A stretch of DNA of 64,000 bases from Opitutaceae bacterium (lineage in GTDB: Bacteria; Verrucomicrobiota; Verrucomicrobiia; Opitutales; Coraliomargaritaceae), in NCBI GenBank assembly GCA_051252375.1, contig JBPOFY010000010.1:1-64000 (forward strand), written 5' to 3'. Below, piece after piece: positions 12,348 through 23,415 of the stretch (position 1 is its first letter; the number at the start of each line of letters is the position of its first letter). The notes beneath the pieces are model-generated. The model was given only the letters and a program-made list of their open reading frames with translations, searched no databases and was not told the origin of the DNA. The translations under genes were made by a program, and so were the position numbers.

Positions 12348-12758
12348 ATGATCACAATTCCAAACATTGCAGAGAATCCACTAAAAAGCTCTAGCGAGAA
12401 TGGAATCGTTGATTTAGCCGACTATCTATTTGGTCTATTTTTGAGCATTTCACCGTCTGCGGCACATGCAGAACTCAAGGTGAATGAAGAGTCAGCTGAG
12501 TGGACGGTTTCATCCGACAGACTAGCCCCAGAAAAGATAAAAGAGATTAGTGAAACATCCATTCCGAAAAGATATTTCCGCCCCTATCTGGCTAGAGTTG
12601 GACATCATTACTTGGATGGACAAGTCTACTCAGGATCCAAGAAAATGAACGTTTCCTACGAGAATAGAATTTTTGAATTGAGCATCGAGCTAGAGAACCA
12701 AAACTCGACAGGATACTCTGTGCACATCGAAACCAAACCAGTGCCAACCAGTCGATAG
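12348..12758 (+). CDS. Cassette-encoded hypothetical protein
   Basis: 136-aa ORF filling the cassette; no recognisable motif. Confidence 0.7.
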   Translation: MITIPNIAENPLKSSSENGIVDLADYLFGLFLSISPSAAHAELKVNEESAEWTVSSDRLAPEKIKEISETSIPKRYFRPYLARVGHHYLDGQVYSGSKKMNVSYENRIFELSIELENQNSTGYSVHIETKPVPTSR

Positions 12759-12815
12759 TGGACAACTCCGTTCGCTCGTCCCTCACTCACTCCGCGCCAC
12801 ATCTCTACGTTCGCT
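12742..12815 (+). repeat. attC-like site 3 (R'' TGCCAAC, R' GTTCGCT)
   Basis: R'' is the exact reverse complement of GTTGGCA at the cassette start; GTGG...CCAC stem. Confidence 0.85.
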
Positions 12816-12821
12816 AAAGTA

Positions 12822-13325
12822 ATGAAACTACTCTTAACACTCGGAAGCATCCTGATGTTTGGCCCATTTTTTGGCTTAATCGGAACGGTCGTAGGCATGC
12901 TCAAGACTTTCGAGCAGATTACTGTCTTCGGAACTGGCGATGCTCAAGACCTAGCTGAAGGAATAAGTATAGCACTAGTTACAACTGAGATTGGTCTAGT
13001 ATCCGCATTCTTTGGAGCTATTGCACTGATCGTCGGCCATGTTTTCACTTTTGGAAAAGTAGAAGATAATGAAGGAATTAAAGAAAGTGAGAAGAGCTAT
13101 GCTGCATGCGTAGTTCTGAATCTCTTTCTTGGAGCTTTCGGGGCTCACCATTTCTACGCAGGAAAGATTGGAATGGGTGTATTCTACCTCCTGACTTTAG
13201 GGGGATTTATAATCGGCCAGTATATAGACTTCATCAATCTTGCTTGGGGGAAGTTCTGCGATTCCGAAGGTGGACGAATCCGCTATAAAAAAGGAGCGAA
13301 CCAGGCGAGCGTGGCTACGGCGTAG
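12822..13325 (+). CDS. Cassette-encoded MotA/TolQ/ExbB channel-domain plus TM2-domain fusion
   Basis: PFFGLIGTVVGMLKTF...LAEGISIALVTT; KSYAACVVLNLFLGAFGAHHFYAGK...LTLGG...D. Confidence 0.75.
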   Translation: MKLLLTLGSILMFGPFFGLIGTVVGMLKTFEQITVFGTGDAQDLAEGISIALVTTEIGLVSAFFGAIALIVGHVFTFGKVEDNEGIKESEKSYAACVVLNLFLGAFGAHHFYAGKIGMGVFYLLTLGGFIIGQYIDFINLAWGKFCDSEGGRIRYKKGANQASVATA

Positions 13326-13349
13326 CCGTGCCACCTCTTGACGTTCTAA
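13295..13349 (+). repeat. attC-like site 4 (R'' AGCGAAC, R' GTTCTAA)
   Basis: R'' is the exact reverse complement of GTTCGCT; GTGGC...GCCAC stem. Confidence 0.85.
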
Positions 13350-13374
13350 GCTAGCAATGGACGAAGGTCACCCG

Positions 13375-13794
13375 TTACGCCAACAGACCGACCACAAATG
13401 CCAGAGTCCACAGGATCGTCCGCGGCCAGTTGGTTCGGACGAGTCTGTGTAAAATGGTATCATCGCCCTCCCCTTGTTCGATGGTTCGGTGAAGCGGCAC
13501 GGATACGGCAAATGACAATAGCCAGCAGAAAGCAATGAGCATCAGCGCAAATATGTTGCGAAGGTTCATCTGCATCAACGTCGCGTGGATGACGAGGCCC
13601 ATTTGACCGACCATCATCGGAACAATGACAAATAGGACTCGGGAAGTATAAGTTTTATGCCACTGCACGAGTGACGACTTTTGCACATGTAAGAAACTCG
13701 GATAAATGACGAGTTGAACCAGCCAAAGGAGGACCATCATGCCGAAATCCAGTAGATGTCGGATGGTGGTGATCTCAAGATGGTCGGCGAACAT
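13375..13794 (-). CDS. Small membrane protein (DUF1772-like)
   Basis: Four hydrophobic segments, WLVQLVIYPSF, VPLH, NWPRT. Confidence 0.7.
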   Translation of the reverse strand: MFADHLEITTIRHLLDFGMMVLLWLVQLVIYPSFLHVQKSSLVQWHKTYTSRVLFVIVPMMVGQMGLVIHATLMQMNLRNIFALMLIAFCWLLSFAVSVPLHRTIEQGEGDDTILHRLVRTNWPRTILWTLAFVVGLLA

Positions 13795-13856
13795 GGGGCT
13801 TTGAGTGTTGGGGCAAAAAGAAGGACGACACTTGGTCGCCCTTCGAAAAGATACTG

Positions 13857-14863
<1,007 letters not shown>

Positions 14864-14870
<7 letters not shown>

Positions 14871-15412
14871 TTGATTATATAAAGGAAAGCGGGCGTGTAA
14901 AACAAAGCTGCGAGGCCTTGTCAATCACCCCGACAAGAAGGTTGCTGATCGTCTCGATCGCATCGCAGGAAATGGCATTGTTGCTGGATGGCGTCATTAA
15001 GCGTGTTTTTAGCATTTCCACCTCGAAAAACCCACCCTCTTGTATTGCCGATTCCTTTGGCACGCCGACTGGGTTGCATCAATTGGCTGACTTCATCGGA
15101 GCCGATCAGCCTGTTGGCACGGTGTTCAAGGGGCGCCTGCCAATAAAGCATTATACTGAGTTCTCACCGGAAGAACAGGCGCAGAACCTGATTACCTCCA
15201 GAATTATACGTCTGCGAGGCTTGGAAGACGCTAAAAATGCCGGTCCGGGATGCGATAGCTACGAGCGCTATGTCTATATCCATGGCACCAACCATGAAGA
15301 CCGTATCGGCGCCCCCTTTAGCGGTGGCTGTATCGAAATGACCAATGCTGATGTAATCGACCTATTCAATTTAGTTGAGCCGCGGGATCTACTCGCAATT
15401 TCTCCAAATTAA
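14864..15412 (+). CDS. L,D-transpeptidase (YkuD family); start uncertain
   Basis: TPTG, YIHGT...SGGCIEM. Confidence 0.85.
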
Positions 15413-15483
15413 CTGAAACTTTGGGGAATTTTCATCGATTAGTCTGAGTTCCAGTTTACACAAAAAACACAAATTCCCAATAT

Positions 15484-16821
15484 ATGAAACGCACAAATCT
15501 CATCCTCGGTGTAGTTGTTTGGTCTGCAAGCCTCACCCTCGCCTTTATTGCCGGTCAACGTGGCAGTCAGCCGGAGGTCAATCCTACGGCAGCCTCCCCA
15601 CTGAAGCAATCGACTAAACGATCCGTCGACAGCTACACTTCGACAAGTGCGGCATCAACTGGATCAGCCACAGATGACGCGTCGAGTGAAGCCAGCGAGA
15701 TCGTCGCAGCTTACTTTGAGGATGGGCAGCTCACCCTTCAAGAAGCCCTTGAGCAAATAAAGAGCCTGACGCCTGCACAAACCCGAACTTTCGTCGAAGA
15801 AGCGTTTTCGCTACCTTTTTCTGATCCGAATCGTTCGCGCTTAATCACTGCTCTACTAAGTCAATTGGCAACCACTGCACCCATTGAGGCATTAGAGTTG
15901 GCTGATCAGATTGGTTCTTTGCGAGACACAGAGCGTGCCAAGCTCAGCATTCTCGAAAGCTGGGCCAAGAACGATCCCATCGCTGCACTATCGTGGGCGA
16001 AAACCGCCTTAGTAGGTCAGCCGGGTAATGTCGCACAATCGCAAATGCTTGCGATCATACGTGGATATGCAGCGCTAAACCCTCAGGCAGCTTTCCAAGA
16101 AACGCTAGCGATGAGCCAGTCGAATCGTAGTGAAACACGACTGCGTGCATCGCTGATGTCTGAAGTGATCGAAACTCAGGTTCGTGCCGGCGATATAGAA
16201 CAAGCAAAATTAAACCTAGCGCTCCTCCCGGAAGGTGAAGTTAAAGAAAGCATGATGCGCGAGCTAGTGGATGAATGGGCTTCTTTTGACCCTGCAGGTG
16301 CTGCTGCCTACGTGGACACACTTGGCGAAGCCGCAACAGCCAGAATCAAGTCTGCTCTAGCAAGCGAATGGGCTGAAAATGACCCCGCTGCGGCAGCCGC
16401 ATGGTTGAGCACACTGGATCCATCTGATCCAACAGTCGCGCGTGCCGCCAGCGAAGTGATTCGTGAATGGACCAACTACGACCTGAGCGCTTCTGCGGAG
16501 TGGCTGAACTCCCTACCCGCTTCACCTGACTTGGACCGCGCTGTGGCCAGTTATACTTTTAGGGCCGCACAAGAAGACCCTGCCAATGCGATGTCGTGGG
16601 CCGAGTCTGTCACTAGCGACAGAATGCGAGAGCACCTCATGGAGCAGGTGGCAGTAAACTGGAAACAAGATGATGCTGAAGGTTTCGAAACATATTTGAA
16701 CACCTCAGAATTATCAGATGAGCAGAAAGAGCAGCTACTCAATGCCGAGGCCGATCAGGGCGGCGGTCGTGGCGGAAGAGGTGGTCCTGGTGGCGGTGGC
16801 GGTGGCGACAGACGTCGTTAA
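15484..16821 (+). CDS. Membrane-anchored alpha-helical repeat protein typical of Verrucomicrobia
   Basis: N-terminal TM; repeated W-x3-DP-x2-A-x2-W units; Gly/Arg tail. Confidence 0.75.
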   Translation: MKRTNLILGVVVWSASLTLAFIAGQRGSQPEVNPTAASPLKQSTKRSVDSYTSTSAASTGSATDDASSEASEIVAAYFEDGQLTLQEALEQIKSLTPAQTRTFVEEAFSLPFSDPNRSRLITALLSQLATTAPIEALELADQIGSLRDTERAKLSILESWAKNDPIAALSWAKTALVGQPGNVAQSQMLAIIRGYAALNPQAAFQETLAMSQSNRSETRLRASLMSEVIETQVRAGDIEQAKLNLALLPEGEVKESMMRELVDEWASFDPAGAAAYVDTLGEAATARIKSALASEWAENDPAAAAAWLSTLDPSDPTVARAASEVIREWTNYDLSASAEWLNSLPASPDLDRAVASYTFRAAQEDPANAMSWAESVTSDRMREHLMEQVAVNWKQDDAEGFETYLNTSELSDEQKEQLLNAEADQGGGRGGRGGPGGGGGGDRRR

Positions 16822-16846
16822 TAACCTCCGGGGAGTTCTTCGCTGC

Positions 16847-18259
16847 CTAATAAGCAGTCTTCGGCGGGAAAAATATTTGCGACGCTGTTTTACTTAGGAT
16901 CCATACATCCAACCAGAACGACCAGCTTTGAATATACTCTAAGTCGTAGCGAACCCGCTCTTCAATGAGTGCAACCTCTGTGACTTCACCGCGGAAGCCT
17001 TTGCACTGCGCTAAGCCCGTGATGCCAGGTTTTACGAAGTGACGGGTGCGATAAACATTTACCTGTTCACTAAAGTCGTCGTCATGCTGTAATAAATGAG
17101 GTCTAGGACCAATCGCACTCATCTTCCCCATCAGCACATTTATAAACTGCGGGAATTCATCGATACTCGTGCGGCGCATCAATTGTCCAAAAGCAAATAT
17201 CCGATCGTCCCCTTGTTTGGCCTGTTCACCCTCTCGCGACGGGTCGGACAGATGCATGGTGCGAAATTTATAGATAAGGAATCGCTGTCCTTTTTGCCCG
17301 GACCGTTCCTGCTTGAAAAACATTGGACCCGGTGACTGTCGCGAAGTGATGATTTTGACTATGAGGCACATCCAAGGGAGCACAAACAGAACCACTGGGA
17401 GTGAAATGCAAATGTCCATGGTTCGCTTAACCAAGCGATTGATTGGATTTTCAAGCGGCTCTTGCTGCAGTGTGAAAAAGGTATGCCCCCCTTGACTAAC
17501 CGGTAGCAACTCTTGCTCAAAATATTCTTCCCAGGGATTAAAAATCAAAATACGGCAGCCGGCTTTAGAGCAGATTTCCATCACTGAATCCACCCACCAG
17601 TCAGAATTACGTGTCTCCAATAGAACCACTTGATCGACTTTATGACTTTCAATTAATTCGGCTAATTCCATGAATTCACCCAAAATCTGCATTTTCAAAT
17701 CAGCATCCTTCACGAACTCATAAGTGATCAGACCCAGGATATCTATACCGAAGGAAGGTTGCTTAGAAGCCCAGTTCTCGAGTCGACGTGCCGACTTAGC
17801 GCTACCTAAAAAGACCGTGCGTATGGAATTATCGCCATGGAAGGCAACCCTTGCGATCCACTCGGGGACATACCGGTTCAAGGGAATCGCGGTCAACCAA
17901 TACGCCGCCAAAAACGAGCCCACGAATAAACGACTAATGTCCTTATCCTTCGTCGTGAAAATAATTCCAAAGATGACCAGCGCTATTACGACCGTCTGGT
18001 GATTGGTTCTGCGTATAGCACGAACCCATAGAAAAGAAGTCGAATCACTCTCGCGAGATTGATCACTTTTATTTCTATACGATACAATGGCTGCCAAGAA
18101 GACACCTAAAAAGTATAAGGTGAAGTTGATTTGACTGAGATTAACGCGGCCTATGATCTCTGCCCATGCATAGAGCATGACGCAAAACAGCACGATCATG
18201 TATAATGCAACAAACGTGTGACTAAGTAGGCGTAGACCCTGTGAGCGGTTTCCAATCAT
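16847..18259 (-). CDS. Polyprenyl-phosphate glycosylphosphotransferase (WcaJ-like)
   Basis: KRTMD, KFRTM, SIDEFPQFINVL, GPRPH, KPGITGLAQ, DLEYI. Confidence 0.92.
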   Translation of the reverse strand: MIGNRSQGLRLLSHTFVALYMIVLFCVMLYAWAEIIGRVNLSQINFTLYFLGVFLAAIVSYRNKSDQSRESDSTSFLWVRAIRRTNHQTVVIALVIFGIIFTTKDKDISRLFVGSFLAAYWLTAIPLNRYVPEWIARVAFHGDNSIRTVFLGSAKSARRLENWASKQPSFGIDILGLITYEFVKDADLKMQILGEFMELAELIESHKVDQVVLLETRNSDWWVDSVMEICSKAGCRILIFNPWEEYFEQELLPVSQGGHTFFTLQQEPLENPINRLVKRTMDICISLPVVLFVLPWMCLIVKIITSRQSPGPMFFKQERSGQKGQRFLIYKFRTMHLSDPSREGEQAKQGDDRIFAFGQLMRRTSIDEFPQFINVLMGKMSAIGPRPHLLQHDDDFSEQVNVYRTRHFVKPGITGLAQCKGFRGEVTEVALIEERVRYDLEYIQSWSFWLDVWILSKTASQIFFPPKTAY

Positions 18260-18389
18260 GAAATTTGATATGAGGGGGTGACCTCAACCAGTCATAAGAG
18301 TGTTATCGGGCAGCATTGTAAATAATTAAGGAAAAATCTTTACCGTTGAATCCCGCCTCTCTCAAACTAGCTTGAAAGCAGATATAGTG

Positions 18390-18929
18390 ATGAACTCCCC
18401 CAAAGAAACACCCCCCGCGCCCCATGAGCCAGAATGGTTCTGTCTGCGTGCGCAGACGAAGCGCGAGCATATCGCGGCGGCCATACTGTCTAAAGTCGAT
18501 GGCGTGGAGTCGTTTTGCCCACGTATCAGTCAGGTGAAAAAAACACGCACAGGAAAAAAGCGTTTCGTGGAGGCACTTTTCCCCGGCTATCTGTTCGCCA
18601 AGTTTTCTTTAAGAGATAATTATCGGCGCGTCATCCATACTCAAGGTGTCAGCGGTTTAGTGCATCAAGGGGAGCGTCGCGCGGTGCCCGAGCAGATTAT
18701 CGAAGACCTTAAAGCCAGCCTACCAGAAGACGTCATTGAAGCACCTGACTTGAGTATCATTCCCGGCGCTGAAGTGGAGCTGATCACTGGATCTTTGAAA
18801 GGCATGAACGGTAAAGTGCTCGCCCAACTGGCTCCCGCAAACCGCATACAAGTGCTACTCGAATTTTTAGGACGAGAGATCACCGTCGCAGTCGATGCGG
18901 ATGATGTATTGCTGGCGACTCCTGAATAA
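18390..18929 (+). CDS. NusG-paralog antiterminator (RfaH/UpxY-like)
   Basis: WFCL, LFPGYLF NGN domain, KOW-like C-terminus; first gene of glycosyltransferase run. Confidence 0.85.
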   Translation: MNSPKETPPAPHEPEWFCLRAQTKREHIAAAILSKVDGVESFCPRISQVKKTRTGKKRFVEALFPGYLFAKFSLRDNYRRVIHTQGVSGLVHQGERRAVPEQIIEDLKASLPEDVIEAPDLSIIPGAEVELITGSLKGMNGKVLAQLAPANRIQVLLEFLGREITVAVDADDVLLATPE

Positions 18930-18933
18930 TTGC

Positions 18934-19695
18934 ATGTCTATCATTTTTCAGAAAACTCGAATCCTAGGCATTGATTTCTTCAATGATGCACTTGAGTTGG
19001 CGCTCAAGATTGCGCATTCCAGTGGCGGACTATTCCTCGCCCCATCTGGACCGGGATTGTCTGAGCTAGGCCGTAACCCGCATTATGATGCCGCGCTACA
19101 AAATGCAGATATAAACTTAATCGATAGTGGATATCTCGCCCTACTCTGGCAGAAACGCACGGGGCAGTCTTTACAGCGTCACTCTGGTTTAAAGTTCATC
19201 AAAGCCCTCATTGAATCACCTGAGTTTGCTAAAAATACAAAGCAGCTGTGGGTCATGCCAAATGTGACGCACCTACAATCCACCCGCGATTACTTAATCA
19301 CCAAGGGCATCGAGCTATCCGACGATCAGTTTCCTGTCGCTCCATATTACAAAGCAGCCGAGGTGCAAGATACCGAACTACTCGCTCGTATCCAATCTGA
19401 ACGCCCGGATTACATCGTGCTCGCTATCGCTGGCGGCAAACAAGAAGTCCTCGGGCATTGGCTACGTGACCAACTCGACTACTCGCCAGCTATCATCTGC
19501 ATCGGCGCGGCCATTGCCTTCCTCAGTGGTGAGCAAGCCCGAATTCCAGCTTGGGCTGACCGCATCTATATCGGCTGGTTGCTGCGAATTCTAGCCGACC
19601 CAAAAACATTTATTCCGCGCTATTGGAATGCCCGCAAACTGAATCGGATTCTATCAACCTACGGCACGGATGCCCCACCCTTACGACCGAGTTAA
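18934..19695 (+). CDS. WecB/TagA/CpsF (GT26) glycosyltransferase
   Basis: ADINLIDSG, GGKQE, IGAAIAFLSG, GWLLR..PK..RY. Confidence 0.85.
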   Translation: MSIIFQKTRILGIDFFNDALELALKIAHSSGGLFLAPSGPGLSELGRNPHYDAALQNADINLIDSGYLALLWQKRTGQSLQRHSGLKFIKALIESPEFAKNTKQLWVMPNVTHLQSTRDYLITKGIELSDDQFPVAPYYKAAEVQDTELLARIQSERPDYIVLAIAGGKQEVLGHWLRDQLDYSPAIICIGAAIAFLSGEQARIPAWADRIYIGWLLRILADPKTFIPRYWNARKLNRILSTYGTDAPPLRPS

Positions 19696-20942
19696 TGTCA
19701 AATATGGAAACATCAGCAAGCATCTGGCTTTCACATCCGACTGGTAACGCGAATGTGCGCGCGGCACTCGAAGCCCTAGACTCGGCCGATATGCTCGAAT
19801 GCTTCCATACCTGCTTGGGTATAAGCCAAGACAATCAAAATGGCATAACCAGTCGCCTCTTGGCACAACGCCGATTTCCAATCGCTGCTGAAAAGATTGC
19901 GACACGTCCTGGTCGTGAAGCGATGCGTCTATTGCTTCAGAAGAGCGGTCTTTTCAATTCCCTGTATGCACATGAAGTGGGTCGTTTTTCGGTCGATCGC
20001 ATTTATCAGGACTTGGATCAAACTGTCGTCAAGCGCTTGCAAGCAGCAGTTGATTTGCCCACTGCCATTTACACCTATGAAGACGCCGCCGCTTCAACCT
20101 TTGCCGCTGCTAGCGAACGCAGCATTACGCGGATTTATGATTTACCCATCGGTTACTGGCGCGCTGCTCGTCGTATACAGATCGAAGAGTCGGAGCTCCA
20201 TCCAGATTGGGCGCTCACCATGCCAGCCTTAATCGACAGCGATTCTAAGTTGGCGCGCAAAGACGAAGAACTGAAGCTCGCCAATCACATCATTGTAGCG
20301 AGCCAGTTCACTGCCCAGACACTGGAGGATGCACCCTTCCCTCTCGCGCCTATTTCGGTGATTCCTTATGGCTGCCCACCTGTCACCGCCGCATCGAAGC
20401 ACTCAGACAGCAAACAGCCATTAAAAGTGCTCTATGTCGGCAGTCTTAGCCAGCGAAAGGGTCTCTCCTATTTATTGCAAGCCGTCGAAATGCTAGGTGA
20501 TTCCGTTGAGTTGACACTCATAGGCAAACGCGTCGCCGACTGTGCGCCTCTAGACGCGGCACTTCAAAAATACAATTGGATCGAGTCGCTGCCCCACCAG
20601 CAAATACTCGAAGCGATGCAGAGCCATGATGTATTCGTCTTCCCGTCGTTATTCGAAGGCTTCGGCTTGGTGATCACCGAAGCGCTCTCTCAGGGCATGC
20701 CGATTATCGCGACTTCGCATACATGCGCACCAGATATTATCGAAGATGGTAAAGAAGGTTTTATCGTGCCGATCCGTGACGCGGTAGCGATCGCCTCAAA
20801 GCTAGAGTGCCTAGCCAAAGATCGTGATTTGCTGGCAGGAATGCAGGCATCCGCGCTCGAAACCGCTAGCCGCACAACATGGCAAAATTATTCAAGTAAA
20901 TTGGTCGATACAGTGAAGACCGTGCTCAAAGCTGAATCATGA
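19695..20942 (+). CDS. GT4 glycosyltransferase
   Basis: VGSLSQRKG, FPSLFEGFGLVITEA; TAATG coupling to upstream gene. Confidence 0.9.
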   Translation: MSNMETSASIWLSHPTGNANVRAALEALDSADMLECFHTCLGISQDNQNGITSRLLAQRRFPIAAEKIATRPGREAMRLLLQKSGLFNSLYAHEVGRFSVDRIYQDLDQTVVKRLQAAVDLPTAIYTYEDAAASTFAAASERSITRIYDLPIGYWRAARRIQIEESELHPDWALTMPALIDSDSKLARKDEELKLANHIIVASQFTAQTLEDAPFPLAPISVIPYGCPPVTAASKHSDSKQPLKVLYVGSLSQRKGLSYLLQAVEMLGDSVELTLIGKRVADCAPLDAALQKYNWIESLPHQQILEAMQSHDVFVFPSLFEGFGLVITEALSQGMPIIATSHTCAPDIIEDGKEGFIVPIRDAVAIASKLECLAKDRDLLAGMQASALETASRTTWQNYSSKLVDTVKTVLKAES

Positions 20943-22072
20943 GAATCGTTTTTATATGCGGATCGCTCGACCCTGGACGCGACGGCGTTGGCGATTACAG
21001 CCGGCAACTGGCACATGCCTGCCTTAAAAACGGGCACCAGTGTTTACTAGTTTCGCTCAATGATGCAGTCAATGAAGACACGAATTCGGAAGGCATTGAG
21101 ATTATTCGCCGTCAAGGTTTGCTCGATACGAATAGTGAAAGTCAGGCACAGCTTTTAGAGCGCATTGTGAATTGGGCACCGGATTGGTGCAGCTTGCAGT
21201 TTGTCTGTTTCGCGTTTCATCCGAAGGGATTCACTCAGAACTTGTTTCGATTTTTAAGTCAGTTTCCAGTCGGCATAAAGAGACATGTCATGTTTCATGA
21301 ACTATGGATACGGCAAGCACCTGTCATGCCGTTTAAGTTGCGGATACTTGGCTTAATGCAACGCTGTCAAATCCTACGAGCCATCCGAAAGTGGCAACCG
21401 CAACTTTGCCACAGTAGCAATCCGCTCTACCTGCATTTACTGGCGAATAATGGCATTGAGGCGCAAGCGTTGAGCCTGTTTGGCAATATCCCGATTGCCG
21501 ACCAAGACATTGAATTGGCCAAGGAACACTTGCCCTGGCATCCAGCCTCTAAGGATGAACGCATAGTGCTTGTCCCTTTCAGTCAATTGGATCGATGGGA
21601 AGTGGAAGCATCCATTGAGCGATTGTTCAAACTCGCAAAAAGCGCGAAGGTCAGACTGCGCCTCGTGCAGGTGGGCATGGACCGTAATGGCGAAAAACGC
21701 TGGCAGCAAATTGCAAACTTAGCCGAGAGGCATGGTGGCACTTGCGACCAACTCGGACCACAAGAAGCGTCAACGATCTCTACTCTAATGCAAGCCGCCG
21801 ACATCGGGATGAACTCGTCCCATATTGACATCAGCCAAAAGAGCGGAGCCGTCCTCAGCATGTTGGAGCATGGTCTGCCGGTTCTTTGTGCGGGCATAAC
21901 CCCAGAAAGCCGCTTAGATATACAGAGTCCCAAAGTTGCCGGACTCTATAGTATCAATGCTTCAGATTCTTCGATAATCAATTGGCTACAAAGCCCAGAG
22001 AAACTCTCCGTGGAATCCAAGCTCGATGCTGTGGCACAACAATTTTCAACCGACCTACAGTCCATCAATTAA
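20939..22072 (+). CDS. GT-B glycosyltransferase-like protein
   Basis: DGVGDY, VMFHE, KSGAVLSMLEHGLPV. Confidence 0.7.
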   Translation: MRIVFICGSLDPGRDGVGDYSRQLAHACLKNGHQCLLVSLNDAVNEDTNSEGIEIIRRQGLLDTNSESQAQLLERIVNWAPDWCSLQFVCFAFHPKGFTQNLFRFLSQFPVGIKRHVMFHELWIRQAPVMPFKLRILGLMQRCQILRAIRKWQPQLCHSSNPLYLHLLANNGIEAQALSLFGNIPIADQDIELAKEHLPWHPASKDERIVLVPFSQLDRWEVEASIERLFKLAKSAKVRLRLVQVGMDRNGEKRWQQIANLAERHGGTCDQLGPQEASTISTLMQAADIGMNSSHIDISQKSGAVLSMLEHGLPVLCAGITPESRLDIQSPKVAGLYSINASDSSIINWLQSPEKLSVESKLDAVAQQFSTDLQSIN

Positions 22073-22074
22073 CC

Positions 22075-23415
22075 ATGGCCACAAAAGCTGGATATGCCCC
22101 ATTTGATAAACCGACGAAATATCTTCGTTGGTTGTCTTTGGTATATATTCTACTGTTGATCATTGAAGGCGCTCTGCGCAAGTGGACCTTGCCTGGGCTT
22201 TCAGATATTTTGCTATTAGTGCGCGATCCGGTTGTCCTATTGGCATATGGAATTGCTATAGTGCATGGAAAGTTCCCTTACAACCGCTATGTGATTTCTG
22301 GTCTAGTCATCATGCTAATCTGGGTCTTCGTGACTTTTTATTGGGGGCATGAAGATTACATCGTCACCGCATTTGGTTTCCGAGTGAACTACCTACACTT
22401 CCCCTTCGCATTTATCATGGGGAGTGTGTTGTATCGGTCCGACATTGTATGGATCGGCAAATGGTGGCTTTGGGGCACGGTCGGCATGACGGCGCTGATC
22501 ATACTCCAATTTTATTCGCCACAAACAGCATGGATCAATCGTGCACCCGGCGGCATGGAAGGCGCTGGATTTAGCGGTGCCCTTGGTAAGTTTCGCCCAC
22601 CCGGAAGCTTCAGCTTCATCATTGGTGTGGTCTGGTTTTATACTTTCTCTATGGCATTTTGGGTTGCTGGACTCACACAACACAAGCGCTACTCTAAACT
22701 CCTTCTCATCGCATCAGGTGTTGCCATCGCATTGGCCATACCAGTGTCTATTAGTCGCACGCTCTTTCTCTCGGTCTTGATTACTTTCATGACTGGGATG
22801 CTAGTTTCTACATTCCAGAAAGGCGCCCTCATTCGCTACGTCAAAATTTCCCTGTTTTTCTGTTTTGGTCTTTTTATCGCTTCTCAAATCACAGTGTTCG
22901 ATGAAGCGAAAGAAGCCTTCCTAAGACGCTGGGAGCTTTCAACCAGTGAACGACAAGGAGGAGTGAAAGGTGCAATTATTGATCGGACGCTATATGAGTT
23001 CACCGGACCATTCATAGAAGACAACGACCTACCCTTTATGGGAGTGGGCCTTGGAGCTGGCACGCAAGTGGCATCCATTCTATTAACCGGTGAACGGGAT
23101 TTCACCCTGGGAGAAAGCGAATGGTTCCGTCTGACCGGAGAAGGTGGCCCCATCATCGGAGGCTTATACATCGCTTGGCGTGTGTGGATTGCTGCCATCC
23201 TATTCAAGTATGCTTTCCTTGCGTATCGAAAAGGCAATGGCATCGGTCTCATTCTATTGTCCGCCACGATGTATAATCTGCTGATCGGACAAATCGGGCA
23301 GACAACAATCCTTGGATTCATTGCAATTGGTATTGGCATGACCATTGCATCGCTAAGACCACGACCTACTCTCACTACGGAACAACCCAATGACACCGAA
23401 ACCGCCAATGCTTAG
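22075..23415 (+). CDS. Wzy/WaaL-like polytopic membrane protein
   Basis: About 11 TM segments, EGALRKW, RPPGSF, GVGLGAG; inside glycan locus. Confidence 0.65.
   Translation: MATKAGYAPFDKPTKYLRWLSLVYILLLIIEGALRKWTLPGLSDILLLVRDPVVLLAYGIAIVHGKFPYNRYVISGLVIMLIWVFVTFYWGHEDYIVTAFGFRVNYLHFPFAFIMGSVLYRSDIVWIGKWWLWGTVGMTALIILQFYSPQTAWINRAPGGMEGAGFSGALGKFRPPGSFSFIIGVVWFYTFSMAFWVAGLTQHKRYSKLLLIASGVAIALAIPVSISRTLFLSVLITFMTGMLVSTFQKGALIRYVKISLFFCFGLFIASQITVFDEAKEAFLRRWELSTSERQGGVKGAIIDRTLYEFTGPFIEDNDLPFMGVGLGAGTQVASILLTGERDFTLGESEWFRLTGEGGPIIGGLYIAWRVWIAAILFKYAFLAYRKGNGIGLILLSATMYNLLIGQIGQTTILGFIAIGIGMTIASLRPRPTLTTEQPNDTETANA

Larger units (their letters stand above)
11041..13349 (+). mobile_element. Integron gene-cassette array without integrase in window (CALIN-like): 5 attC-like sites, 4 cassettes
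   Basis: Short co-directional ORFs separated by 55-74 bp imperfect palindromes; each cassette's first 7 nt are complementary to the R'' at its own end. Confidence 0.85.

Noticed and set aside
16758..16821. GGC-rich low-complexity stretch
   Set aside because: Encodes an ordinary Gly/Arg tail of the CDS.
18260..18390. ops/JUMPStart element
   Set aside because: No convincing match on either strand.
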